64,000 nucleotides of DNA from Planktothrix sp. GU0601_MAG3 (lineage in GTDB: Bacteria; Cyanobacteriota; Cyanobacteriia; Cyanobacteriales; Microcoleaceae). The translations under genes and the position numbers were made by a program. Position 1 is the first letter of the stretch, and every line of letters starts with the position of its first letter. Below the pieces are notes generated by a model. It did no database searches, was not told where the DNA came from, and worked only from the letters and a program-made list of their open reading frames with translations. Where the stretch lies: contig CP136572.1 of NCBI GenBank assembly GCA_035193785.1, positions 1,120,001-1,184,000 on the forward strand, given 5' to 3'. Below are positions 1 to 11,463 of the stretch, piece after piece.

Positions 1-866
1 TCTCTGAAGCAATTATCCGCAATGAAATTGAAAAAGGTCGTCAAATTCAACAGGACTTTTTACCCGAATCTATCCCTGAGATTGAAGGGTGGGAAATTGC
101 TTATTTCTTTCGACCGGCTAAGGAAGTATCGGGAGACTTTTATGATGCCTTTACGTTCAGTAATGGGGATCTGGGTTTCGTGGTGGCAGATGTTTGTGAT
201 AAGGGGGTAGGAGCCGCCATGTTTATGGGACTTTTCCGCAGTTTTATTCGCTTATTTTCCAATCAAACTGACCTAGAAACTTCAACTCCCGCCCAGGTTG
301 ATCCTGCCATTTTATCAAAATCTAACGAGCAAAATCAAGAAACTGATACCTTAGATAAGGATACCATAAACCGTTTGCAATGTATTCCGATTACTAATAA
401 TTATATTGGCACAGAACACGGACGAACAGTGATGTTTGCCACGACATTTTTTGGGATTTTGAATCCTAAAACGGGGATAGTTTCCTATATTAATGGGGGG
501 CATGAACCCGTATTTGTTTTAAGTCCTGAAGGAGAAATTAAACATACTTTGAAATCTACTGGGCCAGCCGTGGGCATCATCCCGATGTCAAAGTTTATGA
601 TTAAACAAGTTCAACTGGAACCGGGTGATATTTTAATCGGTTATACCGATGGAGTTTTAGATGCTCGAAATCCCGAGAAAAAACTATTTGGAAAAGAACG
701 ATTACAAGCTCTCTTACATCAACCGGTGAATTCGGCAGCAGAACTGATGGAGTTCATTAAAATTGATTTATTCAATCACATCTCTACAGCCCCACAATTT
801 GATGATATTACAATGTTAGCTATTCGCTATCAAACCTTATCTAATCATGAATCAGTAGGAGATTAA
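1..866 (+). CDS. SpoIIE/RsbU-type PP2C Ser phosphatase, C-terminal part (5' end outside the window)
   Basis: Frame is open from nt 3 (…GRQIQQDFLP…EVSGDFYD…VVADVCDKGVGAAMFM…NGGHEP…YTDGV…DDITML), the SpoIIE motif set. Confidence 0.9.
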   Translation, partial: SEAIIRNEIEKGRQIQQDFLPESIPEIEGWEIAYFFRPAKEVSGDFYDAFTFSNGDLGFVVADVCDKGVGAAMFMGLFRSFIRLFSNQTDLETSTPAQVDPAILSKSNEQNQETDTLDKDTINRLQCIPITNNYIGTEHGRTVMFATTFFGILNPKTGIVSYINGGHEPVFVLSPEGEIKHTLKSTGPAVGIIPMSKFMIKQVQLEPGDILIGYTDGVLDARNPEKKLFGKERLQALLHQPVNSAAELMEFIKIDLFNHISTAPQFDDITMLAIRYQTLSNHESVGD

Positions 867-869
867 ACA

Positions 870-1286
870 ATGGAAAATTTAACCGTATTTGCAAATCTTG
901 ACGCTCTGAAACCTCTGGCTGATTATGTTATTCAAGCCTCTGGTATAGCTGGATTGGACAAAAAACAAACCTATAAATTACGTTTAGCAGTAGATGAAAT
1001 TGCCACAAATATTATTACCTATGGCTATGAACAAGCTGGAAAAACAGGTGATATTATCATTGCTGCTGATATTGATGAAAAAATGCTGAAAATCACCCTG
1101 CAAGACACAGCAATTTTCTTTGATCCTACAGAAAAATTAAGTTCTGAAGAACAAACCCTTAATCAACCTTTAGATGATCGAAAAATTGGCGGTTTAGGGA
1201 TTTATTTAACCATTAGTGGCGTTGATGAATTCCAATATAAAAGAATGGGCGATCGCAACTTCAATATTTTCATTATGTATCGGTAG
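870..1286 (+). CDS. RsbW-like anti-sigma factor / Ser kinase (HATPase_c fold)
   Basis: LAVDEIATNIITYGY (N box) and GGLGIYL (G2 box); directly follows the RsbU-like phosphatase. Confidence 0.88.
   Translation: MENLTVFANLDALKPLADYVIQASGIAGLDKKQTYKLRLAVDEIATNIITYGYEQAGKTGDIIIAADIDEKMLKITLQDTAIFFDPTEKLSSEEQTLNQPLDDRKIGGLGIYLTISGVDEFQYKRMGDRNFNIFIMYR
1249..1256. repeat. HIP1 octamer GCGATCGC (example; many more copies across the window)
   Basis: Recurrent GCGATCGC, a cyanobacterial genome hallmark. Confidence 0.85.
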
Positions 1287-1348
1287 ATATCTAATGATTC
1301 ATTAGACTTTAACTAATCAAGAGCAAGATTTACCTGTCAATTGTATCC

Positions 1349-3128
1349 ATGTTAAAAACACTAAGACTTCCGAAGCGTCGCTTTTCACAGCTAATTGTAG
1401 CACTTGTAATTTCTCTGTTCGCTTTAATATCGACTTGGAGTATTCCACTGACCTTCGCTCAAGATGTTTTACCAAGTGCCATTAACCCTGCAACCTCTGT
1501 CATTCGGGTTGGAAATCTAATTTCAGCACCTGTTATTGTTGACGGTTACGAGTTATTTCGAGTGGCAATGGACATTCCTATAACAGTGGATAAAACACAA
1601 AAAAATCCCTCTATTCTCCAAAGAGCCAAGCTCATTGAAAATGAGATCCATGGGATTTTAGATAATCAATTGTACGGAGGCCAATTTTCTCAAGGTTTTA
1701 ATCCTGATACTCTCACCATAACTTTTAAAACAGATAATCAAGGAAATGCCCAGATTTGGGTATCAGATCAGGATCAACTTCAAGAAAGAGTAATTTTCAC
1801 GGTTACCCCTGAAGATGCAGAATATAATGGCTATTCCGTTAAAATTTGGTCTGATAAATTAACAACTATTGTTAAACAAGCTTTAATCCGAGGTTATGAA
1901 CACCGCCAACCCGCTTATTTATATAAAGCAAGTTTATGGTCATTGGGTATAATTTTAGTCTCCAGTCTATTAAGTTTTGCGGTTTATTTGCTCCAGAAAC
2001 GCTTATCCCAAAAAAACCAGAATTTGAATCATAACAAGCAGGAATTAACTTTAGAGCAAAATCGTCTCAATAATAATCTGACTGCTTCTGATAATTCAGC
2101 TTCAATTTCTGAGATAACAACCCAACTAGAACACTGGCACCGAAAATACAATACCAATCAATTTCGGAAATTGGTTTTAAAACTCATTCAACTTTTAATT
2201 TGGGCATTTACGATTTGGAAAGTTGCTAGATTTTTCCCTCAAACTCGGTTTTTCGCCCATTGGATAAGTCAAGAAACCTTTGTATATGTTAATTATTGTA
2301 GTTCTTGTGGGAATAGCAATCCGAATCAGTACCCTTTTGATTGACTATTTCTTAAAATCATTTCAAGAGGAACATCAGAACTTTAATCTCAGTCCCACTG
2401 CCTCTCACCGCCGAGAACTCCGCTTTTCTACTTATAGTGTGGTTTTAAAAGGTGTTAGTGAAGCCATCTGGATTGGTCTGGGTTTTATTGTCGCTTTAGA
2501 CACCCTTGAAATCCCTGTGGCTCCTGTTATTGCGGGTTTGGGAATTATTGGTTTAGCCTTATCCTTTGGTTCTCAAAATTTGATTCGAGATGTCTTAAAT
2601 GGAATTTTCATTCTCTTTGAAGATCAGTATGCCGTCGGAGATTATATTACGGTTGGTGAAACATCCGGTCATGTAGAACATATGAACTTACGCATTACTC
2701 AAATTCGCGGAAAAGAGGGACGTTTAACGACTCTTCCTAACGGGAGTATTAGTATTGTTCACAATCAAACCAAAGACTGGTCAAGAATTGATTTTAAAAA
2801 GACTATTACCTATCAAGCCGATATTGATTTTGCCTTGGATGTCATGAAAAAAGTGATTGAAGAAATGGCAAACGAACCCGACTGGCAAAATTCAATTCTC
2901 ACTCCGGTTGTTTTGACAGGGGTTAGTGATTTAGCAGATGCAGGTGTTGAACTGGAAATGCGAATTAAAACCCGTCCGGGAACACAATGGAAAATTGCTC
3001 GTGAATTTCGCCGTCGCTTAAAAGTTGCTTTTGAGCAACAAGGAATTGAATTTGGACGGCATGAACAAGCTGTATTCTTACCGGAAGTTGCTCAGTGGTT
3101 AAATCAACAATCTCTTAACAACGAGTAA
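1349..3128 (+). CDS. MscS-family mechanosensitive channel with large N-terminal exported domain (one +1 frameshift at GAAAC 2273-2277)
   Basis: GLGIIGLALSFGSQNLIRDVLNGIFILFEDQYAVGDYI…GHVEHMNLRITQIR…LPNG; ORFs 1349-2344 and 2280-3128 join if one A is removed. Confidence 0.88.
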
Positions 3129-3238
3129 AAAAGTTATCCCTGGCGTTTGTGTAGCAATCGTACAGAAACTTACGCTATTTCTACGCCATCTTGCACTTTT
3201 TTACACGAATCTCGGCTCAATGCCGGATAAGCACGGGT

Positions 3239-5329
3239 CTAAATTTCAACATCAATGGCTTGAAAAATCTGTTTAATCTCATTCGCAACAGAATAGTTTT
3301 GTTGTTGCCCGTAAAGTTCAACGGCTTTCCGATAAGCTGACCACATTTCACGAGGATTTTCAACTTGATCATCTGAGGTTCTAAGATTCAGTAAAACCCA
3401 ACCTAAATTATGATATGCCTCTGCATAATCAGATTTTAATTGAATGGCTTTTTCTAACAATGAACGGGCTTGTCCCCATTGCCCTTGTTGCCCTAAAACT
3501 GTACCGAGACGAAATAAAGTAAACGTATCAGCAGGGAATTTATGAGTAGAAGTTTCATAGGCTTGAATTGCTTTGGATAAATCTTTGATCTGTTCAGAAG
3601 CAATTCCTAAATTTTGCACTGCCCAATGGTTGGCTTGTGGGAGTCGAGAAGCTTTTTCAAAACTAGAAACTGCATCAGTCCATAGACCTTGCAAACCTTG
3701 TTTCCAACCTTTAAATACCCAAGCAAAAGTACAATCTGGCACTTGAGAAATACACTCTTGCACACATCGTTCTACATCCGTTGCCTGTTGAGTTACAACA
3801 GCTTTATCTAAAGCAACAATTAAACAAGGATAAACCCAGCGTTGGAGTTGCTGGCTTTGATTAGATTGTTTAGACTTAAAAATGGCTTGTCTGCCATAAC
3901 GAATTGCCGGCTTCCATTGCTGTTGATTAACGGCAATCCACGCTTGTAATCCCAATGAAAAGGAAGATTCAGTATCAAGTTGAATCGCTTGATTAATTGC
4001 TATTTCTGCTTGTTGCCAATGGTTAGATTTTCCTAATGCCCAGGCTAAATTAGCTTGTATCCAAGCCTCATGAGGGGAAAGATTTGTGGCTTGCTGCAAT
4101 TGTCTAACCGCTTCTGACCAATTTGATTTCCGACAATTAATCAAACCTAGCACTCCATAGCCCCTACCATCATTCGGTTTCAGTTGAATCGCTTTCTGTG
4201 CAGCCACTTCTGTCTGAGAGTCATTGAGGTGAATCAAAACCAGTGACAATTCGACGGCAGCATCACCATTATTAGGCTCATTAGTTAAACATTTTTCGTA
4301 AGATTCAACTGCTTCTGCTAATTTTCCTTGATTAACTAAATCCTGCGATCGCTTGTGCAGGGGCGAGACAAACTTACCGTTGAGCGCATCAATGAGTTCA
4401 TCAGCCGTTTGAAATCTCTCCTCTACCTTCATTCTCATTCCCGTTAAAATCACTTGTTCAATTAAAGGGCTGAGATTGGGGCGTAATTGCCGAGGGGTAG
4501 TGAGGGTTTCTGACGATACTCTGTCAGTAGCTGCGGCTGGTAATTCTCCAGTTAATAACTCATACATTGAAGCACACAAGGCATAAAAATCTGTGGCAGG
4601 ATAGCGTTTGCCTTTTGCTGAATACTGTTCAAGAGGAGCATATCCAGCCGTTAACACCTGCGTCATATTAGTGCTTTGATTAGCAATAAACTCTCTACTC
4701 GCACCGAAATCAATCAAAACTGCTCTATTTTGATTGTCGATGATAATATTTTCTGGTTTTATGTCCCTATGTAAAAGATTATTAGAGTGAACTATTTTCA
4801 AGGCTTCTGCTATTTCAATTATATAGCGTTTTACTCGTTCTTCTAATAAAGTTTTTTCTTCTTTCCATACCTGGTATAATGACTTACCCGAAATAAATTC
4901 CATAATTATATAAGCAGTATTATTCTCTTCAAACCAGTCATAAACCTTAGCAATATTACGGTGAACGCACCTCGATAAATAATTAGCTTCAAGCTGAAAT
5001 TTAGAGAGTTGTTGCTGTTTTGTCTGAGGAGTAATAGAATTCGGCCAAGTAATAGTTGTTCCTTGTCTGATCGCTTTTTCCGGCCAAAGTTCTTTAATGG
5101 CAACCCCTAATGAGTTTGTCGAATCAGTACCTTTATAAGTAATCCCAAATCCGCCTTCTCCCAAAGTTTTTTCAATCTTGTAGCGCCCTTGTTTGAGTAA
5201 TGCGCCAGCAGGCAAATGATAGGAAGATGAACTGCTGCTGCCAGCAGGAGTGAGGGAAAAGCCGCAGACAGTGCAAAACGACGCATTATCGGCATTTTCT
5301 GTCATGCAAGCGGGACAAGTAATAGACAT
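3239..5329 (-). CDS. Hanks-type Ser/Thr kinase with N-terminal zinc ribbon and C-terminal TPR repeats
   Basis: CxxC…CxxC; LGEGGFGITY, VAIKE, HRDIKPEN, DFG, GYAPLEQ; TPR-like repeats such as AEAYHNLGWVL. Confidence 0.93.
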   Translation of the reverse strand: MSITCPACMTENADNASFCTVCGFSLTPAGSSSSSSYHLPAGALLKQGRYKIEKTLGEGGFGITYKGTDSTNSLGVAIKELWPEKAIRQGTTITWPNSITPQTKQQQLSKFQLEANYLSRCVHRNIAKVYDWFEENNTAYIIMEFISGKSLYQVWKEEKTLLEERVKRYIIEIAEALKIVHSNNLLHRDIKPENIIIDNQNRAVLIDFGASREFIANQSTNMTQVLTAGYAPLEQYSAKGKRYPATDFYALCASMYELLTGELPAAATDRVSSETLTTPRQLRPNLSPLIEQVILTGMRMKVEERFQTADELIDALNGKFVSPLHKRSQDLVNQGKLAEAVESYEKCLTNEPNNGDAAVELSLVLIHLNDSQTEVAAQKAIQLKPNDGRGYGVLGLINCRKSNWSEAVRQLQQATNLSPHEAWIQANLAWALGKSNHWQQAEIAINQAIQLDTESSFSLGLQAWIAVNQQQWKPAIRYGRQAIFKSKQSNQSQQLQRWVYPCLIVALDKAVVTQQATDVERCVQECISQVPDCTFAWVFKGWKQGLQGLWTDAVSSFEKASRLPQANHWAVQNLGIASEQIKDLSKAIQAYETSTHKFPADTFTLFRLGTVLGQQGQWGQARSLLEKAIQLKSDYAEAYHNLGWVLLNLRTSDDQVENPREMWSAYRKAVELYGQQQNYSVANEIKQIFQAIDVEI

Positions 5330-5354
5330 TTTAGTTACCTCAGTTCAAATTTTA

Positions 5355-6651
5355 TTAGTTCTCAAATCGAAATCGAACTTTGCCAAAGGCAATCTCATCC
5401 CCTGAATTTAAAATCTCAGGGGCAGTAATTCTTTTACTAAATCGTTGCTCTCCAGTCCGTTTGATGAAGGTTTCCATTAGTCGAGCCTAAATCTATGACG
5501 TTCCACTCTCCTGCCTCTTGATAAATTCCTGCGTGTTTACCAGATACCGTATTAGCACCAGAAAAACAAGATAAATTAATATCTACTGATTCCGGTTCAT
5601 CTAGTCCAATTCTTCCGACAATTAACCGGTTTTTATCTAATAAAAATTCACCACGAGAACTAAGATAGGGAACAGGAATCAGTTTAGGTATAACACTGCT
5701 TCCTCTCAAAAGGTTAATGATTTCCGTGGCTGTTTGCCAACGTTCCTCTACCCGCATTTTCATGCCAGTAACAATAACCTGATCTAATACAGGATCGATA
5801 CCGGATATCAATTGTCCGGGTGGAGCGAGGCTGTCTGATTGAATTCTCTCCGTTGCTTCTGGGGGAAGTTGACCTGTTAGCAATTCATACATGGAAGCGC
5901 ACAACGCATAAATATCTGTAGCCGGCCATCGCTTGCTTTTATAACTGTATTGTTCGAGGGGTGCGTATCCCCGCGTCAGTGTGACGCTCATTTGTCTAGT
6001 TTGCCCTGCAATGAACTCTTTTGTTGCGCCAAAATCAATCAGAATTGCTTTGTCTTGTCGATCAATCAGGATATTTTCTGGTTTTATATCTCGATGTAGT
6101 AAGTTAGCCTCGTGAATGATTTTGAGGGCTTCTGCTAGTTGCATTAAGTAACGTTTGACTCGTTGTACAGGCAGTGGCCCCTCTTCTTCAAGGATTTTAG
6201 AAAGGGGTTTGCCTGTAATGAAATCCATCACGACATACGCAGTGCTGTTTTCTTCAAAAAAATCATAAACTCTGACAATGTTTGGGTGTTGGCACTGAGA
6301 TAAATATTGAGCTTCTGTTGCTACTTTCTTCAGTTGCCAGTCTTTAACTTTCGGGGTAACAGTGTGGGGCCAAACTACTGTAGTTCCCTGCCGACTCGCT
6401 TTTTCTGGCCAGTTTTCTTTAATGGCGACAGTTCGAGAATTTACTAAGTCAATTCCCCTGTAAGTAATGCCAAACCCACCTTCGCCAATGAAGGTTTCAA
6501 TTTTATACTTTCCTTGCTGAAGGGAACTGCCCGGAGATAAGTAATAGGCTGATATTTGCGAGAAAAAAGAAGCACCGCAACTCATACAAGCTAGGGCATT
6601 TTGAGGATTTTCTGTAGCACAATAAGGACAGGTGATTGACATAGCTAACAT
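5355..6651 (-). CDS. Ser/Thr kinase with zinc ribbon and C-terminal FHA domain (frameshift at GTTTC 5470-5474)
   Basis: Intact kinase motifs; FHA motifs VGR…VSGKHA…DLGSTNG, which continue after correction as TFIKRTGEQRFSKRITAPEILNSGDEIAFGKVRFRFEN*. Confidence 0.9.
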
Positions 6652-6665
6652 CTACTCCTATTGAT

Positions 6666-8648
6666 TTAGTAACGGTTATCTGAATGGCAGCTAAGTTCTA
6701 ATGCTAGAAGTGTCGCGTTGTCAGATGCTCCTCGTTGAAGGACGCAATTAATTACTTCATCAACTGCTGTTTGCAAAGTTTGGTGATGGGTAAAAATTTT
6801 AGCTATTTCTTCGTTGGATACTAGATCCCATACGCCGTCGGAACATAGTAACAAGATGTCACTATTTTCTAGGGGTAAGGATAGGTTTTGACCCGAACGG
6901 CTTAACTGTTGAACGTAGCCATCGCTTAACCTGCGTTTTGAACCGATCGATTTGGTGAGGACATTGCGATCTGGGTGATCTAAGCTTTCTTCCTGGGTGA
7001 TTTGACCACTGGCAACGAGCATAGCTACCAGTGAATGATCTTCGCTTAATTGGCTTATTTCTCCTTGTCTGAGAAGATATATTCGGCTATCTCCAACGTG
7101 CGCGATCGCTAAATCTCGCCCAACTGCTAAAATAATACTTAATGTTGTTCCACCATCACGCACATTAGTAGCTACAGATTCATTGGCTTTCTGCACTAAT
7201 GAGACGAGCCATTCCGATTTTTTTTCTATACTATTAAATTCATTAGGGATAGGTTCTTCAAGGACTGTTTGAACCGCTAATTTACTAGCAACTTCACCTT
7301 GAGACATTCCGCCCATGCCGTCAGCAACGACTCCTAATATCAGAGTTTCTGAATTGCTTAACTGCAATTGCCGGATGCCATAGCTGTCTTCATTTTGTAA
7401 GCGGCTGGTTGACAAGCCGGTAGTTGATTGGCTCGCGACATTCCAGTGAATTTTAGTAGCCTGTAAAGATTGACGGGTTTCTACTAATAGGCTTAATAGT
7501 TGAGATAGTGAAAAGCGTTCTTCGGGCAAGGGAGAGAGTGAAATTTTTAGGAGTTGGTAAATCAGGGGGATGGGGTTAATTTTAATGTCGATTTGGTTGT
7601 CGGAGGAAAGGGGTTGTTTGTGAATGGCATGATACAATAAAGCTCCTACTGTATAGCTGCTCATTGCTTCTTGGATGGGATGGCTATATGCGAGTTCAGG
7701 AGCGCAGTAGTTTTCTAACAAGCCGGATTGTAGTTTTTCATTGAGTGGATAAGCTCCTGTTAAGTCAAAAAATTTGAGGGGAATTCCTATTTCAATAAAT
7801 TCGGGAAGGATTTGGACAAAGCACCACCCCTGCTGATGAATATGGCGAAAGAATTGACAAACTTGACTGGTTATGGATAATGAGGATTCTAAGGAGTTAT
7901 CTTGTTCTAGCCAAGCCTGTAAGGTGGTTTTTTCTTCAGGGAGATAGGTTAGTACAAGTAGTTTGCGATCGCTCCCATCTCCATACATTTCTACTTCTGG
8001 GTAGCATTCTTCCTCTAAATATTCTGATTCTGCATTAGTTTGATCAGTAGTATTCTCCAAGGAGTTAAGCACTCCAACCAAAGAAACCGGGTTATTTAGG
8101 GAATCTGCGGGCTGCAACGAAGTATTTGGGTGAAAAAACACGGTTTCTGGGTCGTTAGTAACTATCTCCCCTAAATATTCTGATTGGGGATGACTTTCAT
8201 TAGTAGTATCTTCGGCTACACTCGCTGATTCTTTGTTATTTTGTTCTGCTTGATTGGAGGTTGGCTCTGCTAAATTGGCGAAGGATTCTATCTGGTCAAA
8301 ATCCATTTTTAGCTCCGGCTTTTCTGGTTCTGGTTGCTGATAGGATAGAGCTGATCGCAAATCTATCTTTACGGAATCTTCGATAGTTTGAGCGAGTAGT
8401 TCGCTAATCATTTTATAGCCAATTAAAAGCTTTCGCACATCGAGTTCTCGCTTTAATCCGCCTTCTGTAGAACCGACGCGCAATAAGCCGAGTTTTTGGG
8501 ATTCGGTACTGCCATGATCATCTGTTTCAATATTTACTTTGAAGTAGTGAATCCCTGCTGTTATTTGACCCAAATATGATAAAATTTCTAATTGAAAGTT
8601 ATCTATTGAGAACCGAGATTTTTCTTGAATTACTAAAGCATTCGTCAT
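6666..8648 (-). CDS. PP2C (PrpC/Stp1-type) phosphatase fused to an N-terminal degenerate kinase-like domain
   Basis: NEDS, VADGMGG, GGTT, HVGDSR, CSDGV, DNAT motifs; the N-terminal half has YCAPEL…SYTVGALLY but no HRD or DFG. Confidence 0.88.
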   Translation of the reverse strand: MTNALVIQEKSRFSIDNFQLEILSYLGQITAGIHYFKVNIETDDHGSTESQKLGLLRVGSTEGGLKRELDVRKLLIGYKMISELLAQTIEDSVKIDLRSALSYQQPEPEKPELKMDFDQIESFANLAEPTSNQAEQNNKESASVAEDTTNESHPQSEYLGEIVTNDPETVFFHPNTSLQPADSLNNPVSLVGVLNSLENTTDQTNAESEYLEEECYPEVEMYGDGSDRKLLVLTYLPEEKTTLQAWLEQDNSLESSLSITSQVCQFFRHIHQQGWCFVQILPEFIEIGIPLKFFDLTGAYPLNEKLQSGLLENYCAPELAYSHPIQEAMSSYTVGALLYHAIHKQPLSSDNQIDIKINPIPLIYQLLKISLSPLPEERFSLSQLLSLLVETRQSLQATKIHWNVASQSTTGLSTSRLQNEDSYGIRQLQLSNSETLILGVVADGMGGMSQGEVASKLAVQTVLEEPIPNEFNSIEKKSEWLVSLVQKANESVATNVRDGGTTLSIILAVGRDLAIAHVGDSRIYLLRQGEISQLSEDHSLVAMLVASGQITQEESLDHPDRNVLTKSIGSKRRLSDGYVQQLSRSGQNLSLPLENSDILLLCSDGVWDLVSNEEIAKIFTHHQTLQTAVDEVINCVLQRGASDNATLLALELSCHSDNRY

Positions 8649-8713
8649 AGGAATCTGAGGTAATAAAGTTGTAGATTCAAATAAGCCGATATGAGCGGGT
8701 TTAGAGTCAATTG

Positions 8714-8737
8714 CCCCAGGGGGTTAAACCCGGGGCT
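8714..8737. repeat. GC-rich intergenic palindrome (possible mRNA stability stem or REP-like element)
   Basis: GCCCCAGGGGGTTAAACCCGGGGC between the FHA and PP2C genes. Confidence 0.45.
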
Positions 8738-8746
8738 GGAGGTTAA

Positions 8747-9313
8747 TTAAGGAGTTTGAAAGAGGAAGCGAATTTTCGCGATCGCAATCTCATCTCCATT
8801 ATTTAAAATCTCAGGCATGGTAATCCGGGCTGCGAATTTAGACTGACCGACCTGTTTAATGAAAACACCATTAGTTGAGCCAAGATCCTTAATTTTCCAC
8901 GCGCCTCCTTCTTGATAAATTTCTGCATGGTTGCGGGAAATAGTTTCGTCTCCAGAAAAACCTTCTAAATCAATATCTACAGGCCCCATATCGGGGTCAA
9001 ACTTACCGATAATTGCATTGCTTCCATCAAGAGGAAATTCGCTAGTTGGCGAACTAGGTTGTTTGGAAATGAGCCTTGCCGTTGCAGCCGAAGGTATCGA
9101 AGTAGGGGCAGTTGGGAAAGAAGGAAATGTGGGTGGCGCAGGAGGTGTAAAAGTCCCGTTAGTTGGAGCAGGGGCGGGTAAAATTGGCTCTGGGGACTGA
9201 ACTATAGTGGGGGCTACGGATACAGAGGCACCTCCGAGTTCATACCCACAAGCATCGCAAAATTCTGCATCACTTGGGTTTTCATAGCTACAGGCGGGGC
9301 AATTAATAGTCAT
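8747..9313 (-). CDS. Zinc-ribbon + Pro-rich linker + FHA domain protein
   Basis: CPAC…CDAC; IGK…ISRNHAEI…DLGSTNGVF…LNNGDEIAIA. Confidence 0.9.
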   Translation of the reverse strand: MTINCPACSYENPSDAEFCDACGYELGGASVSVAPTIVQSPEPILPAPAPTNGTFTPPAPPTFPSFPTAPTSIPSAATARLISKQPSSPTSEFPLDGSNAIIGKFDPDMGPVDIDLEGFSGDETISRNHAEIYQEGGAWKIKDLGSTNGVFIKQVGQSKFAARITMPEILNNGDEIAIAKIRFLFQTP

Positions 9314-9361
9314 AGTTTTAGCTCCTTTAGTTATAAATGTGAGGTTGGAAAAATTGTGGTT

Positions 9362-10745
9362 CTAGGTTCCTGAAATCTTCCGAATTTGTTCTTCAGAAAG
9401 ATCATCATTGATATCTCCGCCCATTTTGACGGTTTTTCCTTTGGAACCCATTTTGACGGTTTTGCGAGTTCCGTCGGAAATTTTGCGGGTTTTTCGCAAT
9501 TCGTCTTGAGCTTGATTGAGAGATTCAGTCATCGCGTCATTGCCAATTCTTACTGTCATTCGGCGGGCAGTTTCTAACAGTTCTTCTGCCCTCTGGGGAT
9601 TATTTTCAGCAATGCGTGTAGCTTCGCCAACGAGTTGGGAAATATTGCACTGTTGTACATAACCCATGACCTCTTGATCTACTTGGGCTGCTACTTGGCC
9701 GGCAACAAATTGTACGAGTAGATTTGCCGGGGGTTTCTTCACCGCGATGGTTTTTTCCGGGTACATCGTAGGTTAAGCCTAATTGGGCAATTCGGACGCG
9801 GGATGCAGCACGACTTTCTATGCTGAATTCTAAGATGAAAACAGTTTCGTCGTTGGCGACAGCATTGCCAATAGGATAAGGTTCTTGAGTTAGGGAAAAT
9901 TCAGCTTGAGAAGGATAGGCGCGGACAATGCGAGTCAGTTTTACACCTTGAACTGTTTTGACGGTTAAGGCTAAGTTGGTGATGACTTCTTGCTGCGCTT
10001 GGCTGAATTCCTGAATGATTATATCGGGAAGTTTGCTAATAGAAACTGCTGCACCGCTTTGGTTTTCTTGTGCAACGATGTGAAGCGGAATTCCGCCAGT
10101 TGTATCGCTAAGATGGGTGAGTAAGTTTTCGTTAAATTCTCCAACTCCTAATGCGGTAATGGGGGTGTTATTGGCGGCAAATTCGCTGGCGATCACCCTG
10201 CATAAATCTTCATCAAAGGTTTGGCCGTCAGTAAATAGCAAGGTGCGCCGGATAGTCATGTTTTGCCCTGAGAGCAAGTTTAATGCCTGACGCAAACCCA
10301 ATCCCATGCGAGTACCGCCGGAAAACTCACGGAGTCGATCAATCGCGTTTTCTAATTGACTGGTTTGGGTGGCTGGAGTGAGTCCGATCAGGGTAGAAGC
10401 GGAGTCGTCAAACTGGACGATAGAAATGCGATCACTCGCGCCAAGTTTGCCAGAGTAAATCAGTTTGTTTAGGGACTCAATCACAATATCTATCTTGGTT
10501 TGCCCTCCGGTGACACTCATATACTCTTGACCATCCACCATAAAAATATTACCAGTAGGTACGACTTCACCGACTACAACTTCACGCATGGAACCGCTGG
10601 TATCAATTAGAAAAACAAAGGTTGTTGGCGGGCGCGTATTTGCTACTTCTTTTTTCGGCCGAAGCTTCAACATTACAAACAGTTTTTGTTCTGAAGAATC
10701 AGCAGGTAAAAACTCACGGTGAGGGGTAATTGAAACATTTAACAT
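9362..10745 (-). CDS. Cytoplasmic vWA (MIDAS) domain protein with helical C-terminus (frameshift at GTTTC 9733-9737)
   Basis: DTSGSM, GGTRM, FTDG MIDAS motifs; ORFs 9606-10745 and 9362-9766 join on single-base removal. Confidence 0.88.
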
Positions 10746-10789
10746 AATGACAGTAAGCTCCTAATTTTGATAGTGAAATGGTCTTTAGA

Positions 10790-11173
10790 TCAGAACCTCA
10801 AAGGAGGTAAACACCCAATTGCAGGTTCAATGCTAGATAAATCTGGGGCAATTAAAGGTGGTATTTGTTGGTATCCTGATTCCTGCAATTGATTAAATTG
10901 TTCAGCAATCATTAAAGGTAACTCAAGGGTTAAGATTGTTTCTCGATAGCCTTCTTGAATATCTTCTATCCAAGATTTAATCATCTGATTAAGATGATTG
11001 TCGCTAATCTTACAAGCGCTTTCTTTTTGCAGATGGTTTCGCATTTGATCACGAACCTCTGGGGTAAAAACTAAGTTGGGATTATTTTCTTGGGCGGTTG
11101 TTAAATCCAGAGTGTAGCCAAACCCCTCCTGTTGGGCAGGATTTAATTTAAGATTGAACAGATACTTAACCAT
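10790..11173 (-). CDS. Hypothetical protein, 127 aa, part of the operon
   Basis: ATG-started ORF co-oriented and closely spaced with the vWA gene; no recognisable motif. Confidence 0.65.
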   Translation of the reverse strand: MVKYLFNLKLNPAQQEGFGYTLDLTTAQENNPNLVFTPEVRDQMRNHLQKESACKISDNHLNQMIKSWIEDIQEGYRETILTLELPLMIAEQFNQLQESGYQQIPPLIAPDLSSIEPAIGCLPPLRF

Positions 11174-11228
11174 ACTGAATTTTAATGAATAGCCTTAAAT
11201 TGAGATCGATTTTCAACAGTCATACTCC

Positions 11229-11463
11229 TTATTTTTTAGTTAAATTACTGTTAGCAGTTCTAACTTCTAAGGTGACATCTCCGAGTTTTCGTTTATGTCC
11301 ATTTGAAAGTTCATGTCTAAGAATTTTCATTCCTTTATCTTTCATTGTTTCGTCAAACTCCATAATAATTTTTTCTTCTTCTGTGTAAATTTTGGTAGTT
11401 ATTGGGGGATATCCTTGACTTTTTCTTAGGTAAACATGAGCATCTTCTGAACTTCCTATTAAT
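11229..11463 (-). pseudogene. Start-less reading frame resembling an FHA-like domain tail
   Basis: Reads KLIGSSEDAHVYLRKSQGYPP…LSNGHKRKLGDVTLEVRT…*, immediately preceded by an in-frame TGA; compare IRIGSSEKANIRI in the 15914-16994 protein. Confidence 0.35.
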
